Shown one piece after another: positions 13,471 through 24,808 of a stretch of DNA of 64,000 nucleotides. A model generated the notes under the pieces. It was not told the origin of the DNA. It saw only the letters and a program-made list of their open reading frames with translations, and made no database searches. Within the stretch, counting starts at the first letter, position 1; every line of letters starts with the position of its first letter. Source of the stretch: Octopus vulgaris. Lineage: Eukaryota. The stretch covers positions 83,080,001 to 83,144,000 of the forward strand of contig OX597815.1 of NCBI GenBank assembly GCA_951406725.2, in the 5' to 3' direction. The translations under genes were made by a program, and so were the position numbers.

Positions 13471-13542
13471 AAAAACTTTATGGATTTAACAGTCACATAC
13501 GCACACACACACGCACATATGTATAAATATATATGTACATAT

Positions 13543-13547
13543 ATCTA

Positions 13548-13631
<84 letters not shown>

Positions 13632-13633
13632 AA

Positions 13634-13702
<69 letters not shown>
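13543..13702. repeat. (TCTA)n(CT)n(TA)n compound microsatellite
   Basis: Direct inspection. Confidence 0.95.
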
Positions 13703-13711
<9 letters not shown>

Positions 13712-13715
13712 ATTA

Positions 13716-14689
13716 TTATCCTTGTCTTTGCCCAGCTTCTAACGCTGGAGATGTACTACAGTGTCAGCTGTTCACTACCAGTGAACTAAGGTCACAACTC
13801 TTATTTTTTCAGCATATTCCGGAGCATTCGAGTGGTTCCAAGCAGTGCTGTTTTCTGCAAGTGCTCCACCCTTATTGCAGCCTCTATTTGTTCCATATAC
13901 ATCTTGAGATAAGTGCTCACTGTTTACAGGACTCCGACAATTATTAGTACTACTGCTACCTTTTTCATCGACCACAACCGCTTAACTTCTTAACCCTTCC
14001 CCCGAAGGTAACGTGTAATATCCCTCGACTTTTCTTTCTTCCTTATCGCAAAACGTGTCTGCTGTGTATGCGATATCTATGATCCAGCATAGTTTGTTTT
14101 CTGTCTCAATTAAAACTATGTCTGACTTCCTATTCTCTATCTCAATGTTGCGCTGAATCATAAAATCCCATAGGATCTTTTCATTTTCATTTTCGATGAT
14201 GCGTTCGAGTTTGTGGTCGTACTAATTGTTTTGCTCTGTCAAGTCCATACTTTGTGCAAAATGTCCAATGGACAAACTCGGCTATATTGTCGTGGCGTCT
14301 CTTATATTCCTTCTGGGCTAGTGGCGTAGGTTTACTGTAGTATGCCATACTGTATCACCATTTTATACACAAATTCTGCCCTTATCACTTTTTGATATGT
14401 TGTCTATTCTGTATTTTATGTAATTTGTTCTTAGTGCTTGCTCTTGAGCAGCACAAATTAGAGCCTCCATTTCCGGTTTTAAATAACTTTTAGTTACCAC
14501 AGTCAACTTTTTTCTTTATCTGTCTTATGAAATTATCCAGGACTTCTTTTCTTTAAATCCCTATTTTCAGTTTCCTTCGTTTTTAATTGATTGTACAGTG
14601 CTTTATCTTTGCAATATTTCATCGTACACAAGCTTGGCCTTCTTACTTATAATAGCGGTTCTGTGGAATTTTTTACATACCATACTATG

Positions 14690-14690
<1 letters not shown>
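13716..14690 (-). mobile_element. Decayed 3' part of a second R4/Dong-type family (family B)
   Basis: Minus-strand KPEMEALICAAQEQALRTNY, KEYKRRHDNI, KILWDFMIQ and EHLQKTALLGTTRMLRNMLKK*; TTA repeats at both ends. Confidence 0.85.

Positions 14691-14751
<61 letters not shown>
14691..14751. repeat. (TTA)n tract between family B and family A copies
   Basis: Direct inspection. Confidence 0.97.
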
Positions 14752-14755
<4 letters not shown>

Positions 14756-15628
14756 TAGCTTTATTTTTATAGCGTGCTTTCACTTCACTACCGAGCGCAG
14801 CTCTGTGTGCCTTGGGTATGTGCTGTGATTTGTTGTGATGCTCTGATGGTTATTGTATGGAAAGTGTTCTGCGTAGGATGTGTGCAGTGCCTAGTAGTGC
14901 AATTTTCTGTATGTTATATGTGTTTGTAAGTCCTGGTGTTTTTGTTATGTATTTGTCTGAATATTTTTTTATCATGCCTAATGCACCTACTATGATAGGA
15001 ATTGTTTCTGTTTTCAGGTTCCACATTCTAGTTACCTCTATTTCCAGGTCTTTGTATTTTGAGAGTTTCTCCATTTCTTTTAGAGACACGTTGTCATCAG
15101 CCGGTATTGATACATCAATTAGAAAGCATTTTTTTCTTCATGATCTCTGACAACTATATCTGGTCTGTTGGCCTTATTTTCTCTATCTGTGTGTATCGGC
15201 ATATCCCAGAGTATGGTTGCTTTCTCGTTTTCTGTGACCTTTTCTGGTGTGTGCCTATACCATTTTTTTCTGTTGTTATTCCATAATGTTGGCATAGCTT
15301 CCAATGTATGTAGGTTCCAACTCTGTCATGTCTGTGAATATATTCCTTCTTAGCCAGGACTGGGCAGCTAGAGATAATATGAGTTATTGTTTCTTGTCCA
15401 TCTCCACATATTCTGCAATTATTTGTAATATTTCTTTTCATTACATGTTTTTGGTAATTTCTGGTGGGGAGGCTTTGGTCTTGTGCTGCAATTAAAAATC
15501 CCTCTGTTTCTGCTTTGAGTCCTGAGCTTCTCAACCACTGCTAGGATTTTTCTTTATCTATTTCTTTTGCATTTAGCTTAGTCCAGTATTTGCCATGAAG
15601 GGGCTTTACTTGCCATCGTTTTATCATG
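14752..15628 (-). mobile_element. Second 5'-truncated copy of R4/Dong family A
   Basis: Near-identical reverse complement of 8032-8908; the C-terminal 79-aa ORF is identical. Confidence 0.95.
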
Positions 15629-15770
15629 AGTTCGAAATCCGCCGCGGTTGACCTCCCCTTTATCTTTTCGGGGTCGATAAAATAAGTACCATTCACGTAC
15701 TGGGGTCGATGTAAATTACCAGCACCAACCCCAAAATTTTCAAGCCTTGTGCCTATATTAGAAATTATTA
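15627..15770 (+). mobile_element. Headless SINE family 1 fragment joined to the LINE 5' end
   Basis: tgagttcgaaatccgccgcggttgac...ttcggggtcgataaaataagtacc...ccttgtgcctatattagaa followed by (ATT)n. Confidence 0.85.
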
Positions 15771-15814
15771 TTATGATTATTATTATTATTATTATCATGG
15801 TTATTTTTATAATT

Positions 15815-16768
15815 GTTAGTTAGTCTGACGATATCGATAATGACCAATCACACCACATGGGAGAAGAAAAGGGGACATGATTTCGTACTCGGGAGGCTCT
15901 GCCGCAGGTCGGACACCGGTGGTGTGTGTGGACTGAATGCAAAGTCCGGTCTCTGGAATTGCATATTTCTCGTTTCCCTTGTTCCCCTGAAATCATGTCA
16001 CGCTCGTAGGAGTTAGCACCACTCTTTGTTAATCTTTGCCAGGTTGGTTGGTCTTAGGCTTGCGTTTCCCATGTGTCGAGGTTGATCTCAAAGATCTTCA
16101 GTGAGGGTTTGAGTATGTCGTTGAAGCATTTTATCTGTCACTTTGCGTGCGCCCGCCTCCTGACAGTTTGCCAGTTTGCCAGTTTGCTACGTACTCGCAA
16201 CTAGATGGGATTGGTGGCAGATCCTTGAAGCTGTGGAGGCTACAGGCTAAGTCAAAGGAAAAGGACTCAGAACGCAACTTCCAGTTCACAAACGACTACG
16301 CACTCAACGCCGCCACAGAGGCCAAGGCGAAGCAGAGCATGAACTACTTTTCCATTGCCTGCACCAACTTTGGAGTCATAATCAGAACTCGGAAGATATA
16401 GGTCATGCACCATACTACTCGCAGAAGCCGTATGTGGAATCAACTATCAGTGTCAAAGATTGTCGATAAGTTGATGTACCACGGCAACTCACTCTCCAGG
16501 CCTATGATCATTGACACACATATTACATTTGACAGACGCATTGCATTTGGGCGGCCGCCTGAATCAGCGTGGGCGAGGAAAGGTATTAGGTGTACCAAGC
16601 GGTTGTGCTGCGTATGCTACTATACGTCTGCGTGACTAAAACTAAACCGCTTGAGAAAGATGTTGAAACTCGTCGCAAGATAAAGATCCAGGCATGGAGG
16701 TTCTCTCCACCTCATCTGCCAAGCATTCACGCACTGCTGAGGAAGGTGAGTTGGCAGGCCCCCTTATT
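15815..16768. mobile_element. Decayed RTE-clade LINE with inverted 5' segment (3' part minus ~15815-16190; RT part plus ~16200-16768)
   Basis: Plus: RLQAKSK..RNFQFTNDYALNAATEA..SMNYFSIACTNFG and PSIHALLRK; minus: GKLSGG..FNDILKPSLKIFEINLDTWET followed by an RTE-like 3' end. Confidence 0.7.
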
Positions 16769-16944
16769 CATATATATATAGATAGATAGATAGACACACA
16801 CACTCCTGTGAATGCATGTTTATAATTAAATGATCTTCCCCGAATGGGCGTATATAATGCATCTCTGGACAAGCATAAACTCAGATGTACACCAGCACAG
16901 GCACCTATACTCAAGCACACGCACGCAGTCACATAGAAACCTGT

Positions 16945-17009
16945 AAATGTATGTATATATATATATATATATATGCACACACACATACACACACATATGT
17001 AGGTAAATA

Positions 17010-17070
<61 letters not shown>

Positions 17071-17101
17071 GTGCATATATAGGTATGCACATACATATCT
17101 A

Positions 17102-17175
<74 letters not shown>

Positions 17176-17200
17176 TGTGTGTGTGTGTGTATACATATAT
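16945..17200. repeat. (TA)n/(TG)n/(CA)n compound microsatellite
   Basis: Direct inspection. Confidence 0.95.
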
Positions 17201-17999
17201 GTGTATTTATATATGATTATAATTAAATTTCTGTGCTCGTTCTCATTTCTTTCAGTTTGCTTCTGTTCCCTACATAAATGTCTGTGTGTGAACATAAATA
17301 GAATAATGCTTAAAATTGGTTAGCTGTATCTTGCCAGCATCTTAGTTTGAGTAAATATAGATCTAACGAGATATGTTCTTTGTTGCCAGATTGTAACAAT
17401 GGTTAAATTAATTCATGTGCTCTGTGTGTAGACATTTTTATAAGCACACCGTCAATAAGAAAATCAGTGAAAAGTAGCAAGCACAAGCACAACAACAATA
17501 ATAACAAGTTTGATGATAGGATAACGAATGTTTATAACGATATACCATTTGCCTCAAGTTATCATTAAATGAATGCTAAGAGAAAGACAAAAAATAATTT
17601 GCTGAAATATTTAGACTCATATTTATATCATCATACATATAAATATATCTAAGTATATACTATACGCTTGCACATGTACATATTGAGATGAATATCTGTA
17701 CATAAATTGTAAAGAATTATGTATGTATACAATATGCAGTATGATACGCATAAAATTTTCTTACAGATGCACACGTCTTTGAATATGCAAATATCAGAAG
17801 GTTTATAAACATAACGGCAAATAAACTTACATATAAATACATATACATATATTTATATATATTTAGAGAGAGAGAGAAAGCGAAAGAGATGGAGAGAGAG
17901 AGAGAGAGAGCTATAAGATCAATGGTATAAAGAGAAAGAAAAAGAATGAATTCGTTCTTTCTTACTCATATGTGAAGCCATATATGGTTTCTAATTAAG

Positions 18000-18175
18000 A
18001 CGCAAGGCCAACAATACTCTCGACTCCACAACTTGATCTGTACTTTATTTTATTGGCATCAGAGGGAAGAAAAGCAAAGTTGAATTACGTGTGGTTTGAA
18101 CTCAAATCATAAAATGCCAGCAGAAATACCGCAGAGCATATTTTGTGGTGTTTTGATGATCTCCCAGCTCACAAC
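18000..18175 (-). mobile_element. Decayed SINE family 1 copy
   Basis: tactttattttattggcatcagagggaagaaaagcaaagttg..tttgaactc resembles the reverse complement of the core and B-box. Confidence 0.55.
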
Positions 18176-18249
18176 CTTGTGAAGTCTTTAACGAGACCAT
18201 TGGATAGCTTGATGCAATATGAATATGAAACAAATTTAGATAAAGCAAC

Positions 18250-21100
18250 TAATAAACCATGATTTTCAGGATATGTAAAGAACCAAAACGGAGAATGTAA
18301 CGACATATCTTAGGACGAAATCACGATTCTTTCTGTCCCTACCACCAACACTTAATGCAACGCTGGAGAAATCTGAACGAACAAAAATTAAGTTCCCAGC
18401 ATCACAATAGGCGTAATAAGAGAACAGTCTGGAAGAAGCACTAATAAGTAATGCAAATGACACAGTACTATGACCAAGGTTAAAAGCAAATACAATTAAA
18501 AATTTTTTTAAATGATAATTGAAAAAACAAAGGCAGCATAAAAGCAAAGAACGAAACCCAAACTTTCTGTAGTTTTCTTGCTGCCATCGAGAAGTAGAAA
18601 CCAACCGCCGCTTTACTTATACTGAACCCATAGCTCTCAAGGAAGAAATTACTCCGCACTAAGCCGACAGGACAAGAGAACAGAATGTACCAAAACCCCA
18701 TAATCAGAACCCCAACATTAAATAACCCTACGATGTCACACCGTATACTATCTGCACCCAACAAAGGCTAATATGCAGGTACAGATCGAGCTGCAGCGAT
18801 TGACTCACATATCATTTTTAGGGTTGCATGAAAAATAGTGCAGAAGTGGACTAGAATACCAATGAAAGTGAACCATAGTAATATACACCCTCACAAAAAA
18901 GAAACACTATAACCATTAAAACATTACAAGGCAAACATTACAGTAATTTTGCTATTGAACGACAAAGGTCTTCTACTTCACAACAACAGTAGAGACCTTT
19001 GTGCATGGAATCGAGCAACATATATTGAGCCTCCTACAAAAATACATCTATCAACTGACCTAGCTGGAGAAGAATTGCAAATACCAATGTATGTTTGCTA
19101 GTATAAAAAAAAGGGAGAAAAGCGTCGTCGTGCAGTTTCTATGTACATTCGCAAAGACGTTACACCTAGAATCCTATTCTCACATTCAAACATAATGAAA
19201 GTACATACAAAGCAATGCGATAATGCAATCTGAACGTCATATCGTCCAACTGACGATGCGAATTACATAGCATGATATAAATTTGTGGAAGCCTTAGAGA
19301 CATAAAAAGTAAGTATTGAGGGAGTTAAAGCAGCACGCCGACATACTTTTGTTAAGTTACTTCAACTTACCGAATGGCAAATAGCCCGAAGGCAACATAG
19401 CCATTAGAGTATAACAACACGAACCCAATCAAGCGCAATTACTAACTTGATGGTGCGAAATATATGGTGTTCATGGAACAAAGAATATTGAACGCAACTC
19501 GGTTGAGCATCATCTTAGACCTCAGAATCCCTATTTAAATGGTACTCATACACTATGTGAAAGTGACACCAACTATTTCTTCAAACCATAGCATACAGAA
19601 TCGAACCATGCAAGAGAAAAATTAAATCGTAACAGAGAATATTATGAAATATATTAAAATAAATTATAGTAAATGTTTTTCTCCCCTTTTCAAAGACGTA
19701 ATGTCCTACCAGTGAGAAGGAAATGGGAGAAATCATGGAAGACTAATATTTTTGGACTATCCTGATTGTAAAAATCGATTGATGAAATTTACTATACAAG
19801 CAATATTAATGTCTTTGAAGATCTCAAAGTGAGTATCGGCAAAATACACATATAAGCAGTTAGGAAAATTTACATTTCCTGACCTTATTTCAAATGGATT
19901 GCACCAATGTAAGACATTTTTCTTAGATGTTAGGGAGTAGTTAAGAAACGTATTAATTCATTTTTGACAAAATTATTGCTCGTTATCTCAAACATCAAAT
20001 ATGATCAAATTCAATGATAAAATAGTAGTGCTTAAAACGATGAACAAAATTGAAAATATTTTGCAGACTCAAATAAATCAGTCCAAAATATCGGTAGAAA
20101 TCCTTCTTCACATAGAAAACATTTGCGTAGTGCGTACTTCTTACAATAGAAGATTTATGAATACATTGACTAATGGTTTAGATTAATATGTTTAATGAAT
20201 TCCTATTTCGTGAAAGTGTCAACCCAAGATCAGCTACAATTTTATTTTTCCTTGAGTTTAGGAAAATTTTGGAGAATGCCATTTTCACAAAAAGTATTGC
20301 ATTCCATGATGTACGTTTTAAGAGAAAGCAGCGTCTTCTCGACAGTTATGTATGCTATGTTACCACGAAATTTATGCGTGGGTTTCGTCAAGGAATTAAA
20401 GCAGAAGCGTGTGTATGCAAATATATAATTTTAAGTGTGTTTTTGTTTAATATCCAAACTTTCAAATTTGATGAGTCGCAAATTAAGACAACTTGTCAAA
20501 ATTCAGTTCAATATCATCAAAGTATGAAAATGATACAGGGCAAAAGAAACTGAAATAAACTTGAATCTCAAGACAGCAAGTATCCTAATTTTTGGAAGTA
20601 AATATATTAATCAGAAAGCTTCAACCTCGAGCAAGTTTTAGGCTGATAATAACAATTGGGAACAGAAATTTCGAATGAAGAGCGCATCACATTGTAATTC
20701 TTTTATGGACCTTTTCTTGAACATATCTGTATCTAATCTAGGCACATAGTTAAGAAATGGAGACTACGCTGAGCGTGACTAATGGAGATAAATCAGCAAA
20801 GTGGATGATTTCAACTGGATGGTGAAGGACGTTATGTAATCTGCACACCGTAGAAAACACTCCACTAACTCAAAATAAACCGTAATTGGTTACTCGTATC
20901 ACTCAAGCACGTATGAAATTAAAAGCACAATACATTAATTCAGTTGAATGCTTCCATCTTACAATAAGTTGCAGAAATCTGTTTAACATTCAAAAGAATC
21001 CAACATAGTTTACGAGTCTAGAGAAAAGATATAGAAAAGCATCTTGGCTGTTTGTTCTCAAGACGACTCTAAACAACTCAATATTAGATTATTCAGTGTA
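18250..21100 (+). mobile_element. Very decayed APE-type LINE remnant (CR1/L2-like), boundaries uncertain
   Basis: Scattered motif remnants: EELQIPMY..VSMYIRKD, YRP, FNLP, ILDL (endonuclease-like) and LEFRK (possible RT LDFxKAFD). Confidence 0.4.
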
Positions 21101-21479
21101 GTGAGTACTACACTTCAATACAGGGCTTCACATTTGAATCTTGACTTCACTTTTGCATACTTTATAGATTTGCCTGCCTGTTAAATATTCAGTTTCTTAC
21201 TAATGTCTTCATGTTGTTAGGTTTAGAAAGTTCATACGTTCCCTCGTAATGTTTACATATTTCTATAGAAAATGAATATACGAGTACATAAACATACTAC
21301 ACAGCATAACTGCAGATAAGGTAAGTCCTGAGGAATAATGAAGAGACCATAAATTATGTTAATTATCCTCCGGGAAAGTGACACAGTAGAAGCCAGAATT
21401 ATTGTATCATAAATTTAGAAGGAGATTAATACATTTCCTGATGTCGCATGCGACAAAATTCGTTAAGAAACTTTATCCA

Positions 21480-21624
21480 TCTCTCTCCCACTCTCCGCCA
21501 TTTCCTCTTAATCCTTTCTGTCGAGAGCATAGGATTCACAACGTAAAAGACTCTTCCATTTTTCCCTAATACACGGGTTTGTTGTTCATGCACCTATCTT
21601 CGTCTGCTATTTCCTGCAAATTTA

Positions 21625-21679
<55 letters not shown>

Positions 21680-21682
21680 CAC

Positions 21683-21736
<54 letters not shown>

Positions 21737-21757
21737 GTGTATAAAGGTATAAAGACA

Positions 21758-21842
<85 letters not shown>

Positions 21843-22000
21843 GTTAGAATCTACAGAAAAACAAAAGACGAAGAGAGGTGTATAAACAAGAAAAGGTGTA
21901 TTAGTTTAACGCTCAGGAAGGTGAGAATTTCTTTTATGTTTCGAGCCTATGCTCTTCAACAGAAAGGAACGCGAGGAAATAAACAGAAAGTGGATAAAAG
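21480..22000. repeat. Inverted pair of family H3 (plus 21480-21627, minus 21845-22000) around a (TA)/(TG)/(CA) microsatellite
   Basis: cctttctgtcgagagcatagg..acgtaaaag vs cttttatgtttcgagcctatgctcttcaacagaaagg; microsatellite at 21628-21842. Confidence 0.75.
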
Positions 22001-22049
22001 AAGCTTTAGGGGCTAGCTGTCAATCATATAACATTCGTATGTATATATT

Positions 22050-22210
22050 TCTTTTATTTTTCGTTTACTTGTTTCAGTCATTTGACAGCGGTCATACTGA
22101 AGCACTGCTTTTATTCGAACAAATCGATCCTAGAACGTATCCTTTGTAAGCCTAGTATTTATTCTATTGATGTCTTTTGCCGAGGCGCTGAGTTACGGGG
22201 ACGTAAGCCC
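22050..22210 (-). mobile_element. 3' tail fragment of SINE family 3
   Basis: tttacttgtttcagt is the reverse complement of actgaaacaagtaaa at ~3700. Confidence 0.6.
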
Positions 22211-22668
22211 CACCTTCCTCAGCACGCGATATATATAATGCAAATTAAAACATAAGTCAAATAAATCCTGGGTAAATTTCCAATTTACCCCCATCCATAC
22301 CTAGTATTCAAATGCAATAGTAAGAACTTGGTTAAACATACGTAGGTTCACATCCAGTAGTATATTGTCCATTTAATAACCCCTAGATGGTTTCTTAACA
22401 TCTAACTCATACACATTATTATAATAGAATATTTAAGTAGAAGTAAGGCACTTTAATGTTTTAAACAGCAAACATTATTTTAACAAGATCTCAGTGTACC
22501 CCCGAAGAGTATTATGTTACAATAAGAGTAAAACATTTGAAAGTTTCATGATTAAAAGCAAGGATGAGTAATATTATAGGAGTTTTCTTTTCGCTTTGCT
22601 TCTATTTTATATAGATGGAAGTATCTTTTAAAATTTAATTTAGCGTTTAAAGCAAACTAATATCATAT

Positions 22669-23085
22669 ATTAATAGTTATCGCCATACTAATATGGCAGT
22701 CTTATAAATATAAGACTAAAGCTGTCGCTGATTAGCTCCAAGAGGCCACCGCCTCAAGCTAGCTATTTGACACACGAACCTGCGTCCATTACAAACCTTC
22801 GAACAAGGGAGGTCAGCCGCTTCATCCTGCCAGTCAGACAGCTACAGACATGTTTCAGGGTTGTTGCCCATTATCAATGCAGCGTAGTCAGACTTGCAGG
22901 TGTCGCTACTGATCGTCCCAGTTCAAAGGCTTTATTTACATAGTTTCAGTAGAATACATCCACTTTTTCGAAGGTTTGTAATGGACGCAGGTATAATCGT
23001 CAAATAGCTAGCTTGGAGCTAATCAGCGACAGCTTTAGTCTTATATTTATAAGACTGCCATATTAGTATGGCGATAACTATTAAT
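22669..23085. repeat. Palindromic element: ~120-135-bp inverted arms (22669-22803 / 22967-23085) around a unique spacer
   Basis: Arms are near-perfect reverse complements; the right arm lacks ~16 nt. Confidence 0.95.
22841..22883 (-). ncRNA. Minimal type I hammerhead ribozyme motif with two core substitutions
   Basis: Minus strand GCUGCA-UUGAUAA-UGGGcaacaaCCCU-GAAA-C-AU-GUC-UGUAGC: 6-bp stem I, 3-bp stem II, palindromic stem III, GUC triplet; core UUGAUAA instead of CUGAUGA. Confidence 0.7.
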
Positions 23086-23220
23086 TTCCAGTAACGCTGT
23101 CGTAATCTCCTTTAGAGAGACTTAGTAATTTTAATATTTCTATTATTGTGTCATATATGCATACATATATGGAAACGTGCGTGCAAACACATACTCGTAC
23201 CCGCGCGTACACACGCACAC

Positions 23221-23290
<70 letters not shown>
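23221..23290. repeat. (AGAT)n microsatellite
   Basis: Direct inspection. Confidence 0.97.
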
Positions 23291-24737
23291 CTACATTGAT
23301 TGATTCAGTGATAGATACCTGCTAGAACTAGGAGGGATATCTGCCAAAAACTAGATCGTTGCATCTTAGTAAACGGAAAGTGTATGGTCTCACGTATTTA
23401 CGCTAATAATCTGGGCCTTGCGTAAATATATTCCAGGTCGCCGAGGGAAAACTTGTAGCAGTGTAACAGCATTTAGAAAAGAATGAATGATAACATCATT
23501 CATTAATTCTTATAGTTTTGTATAATTTACAAAATTTCTAATTGAAATCAAAACCGATTCTTATGAAATAAACGGCGTATACCAACGCAGCTTCCTGATG
23601 ATATATTTAAGATCAACACTTGAGGTTCAGGTAAATAGTAATTACTAACTGAGAAAGAAAGAGAAAAAATTCGTTCAAATTTTTCCGATATTCTGATATC
23701 ACGTTATTGATACTAAGGTGGCCTCGATGTATTCTACAGTTCCATCTGGATGAAATACGATACACAAATATCAATAAAGTGAAGAAAAAAGATGGTAGTT
23801 CCTTATATTAAAATGTCCATTCAGTACACTTAATTTCTTAGTTCGGCTCAGGTATTAAAAGTTAGAAAAAGATGACTAAAAATCAACGACGGCTAGATTT
23901 GAACTCACCATTAGAAGACAATTATAATAAAGCACTGCGAATTATAACATGCTGTTAGTACGGATCTGTGTGGATTCTTCATCGCCTACTGAAGCAGTTA
24001 CAATATTTTCGCTGTTATACACCTATTTAATTTAAATTCATTTTTGCAAACTCTCAAGCTCTTGAAAATTCTGTACAGACTCAGTAAGCTGCTTTCATGA
24101 ATTAACATCAAACTAGTAGTCTCTTTTGCAAATGAGTGATAAATGTGCATAAAATATTTTATGTAAAATAATTATACGTATTATATTGGAGCCTTTAAAA
24201 TGTTAGAATACAGCTTACGGACACCCACTATTAATTGTTGTGGATCTCAAGAATTTGCAGACACCAGGTCGAGAGCCGCTGGCTTTCTTAATATGTAGCC
24301 TTATCCGATGCTTCACATGCTTGTAAAGTAAACACTCTCTCTATTATTTTGAAGAATTCTACGCCATTATACTATCTACGTACTTTATTTCACTCTCTAC
24401 TGGAGCCGATCTATGTTATCTGCATCACACAACCACATGAATGTGTTTAGTTATACAGGCCCAGTATCTTCCAATTTTCAATCTTGTATCTTAAATTCAT
24501 CTGCTGCTAATATGGCTATTAGAAATTGTCTGTTTTCTCAAGGCTACAACATACAATACCAATTTAAACTACAGCATCATTTCTACAAGAAATATTCCTG
24601 TTTTTGTCATAAGTATATGAAGATGGTCTCAGTGACTTATTCAGACAATCACACAACATAGGAAAAAAACAAATCAACAGGCTACGTCAGACTTAATTTC
24701 ACCCTCCTCTACATATATACACATGCACACATACATG

Positions 24738-24808
24738 CATACATACATACATACATACATACATACATACATACATACATACATACATACATACACATAC
24801 ACATACAT
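24738..24808. repeat. (TACA)n microsatellite
   Basis: Direct inspection. Confidence 0.95.
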
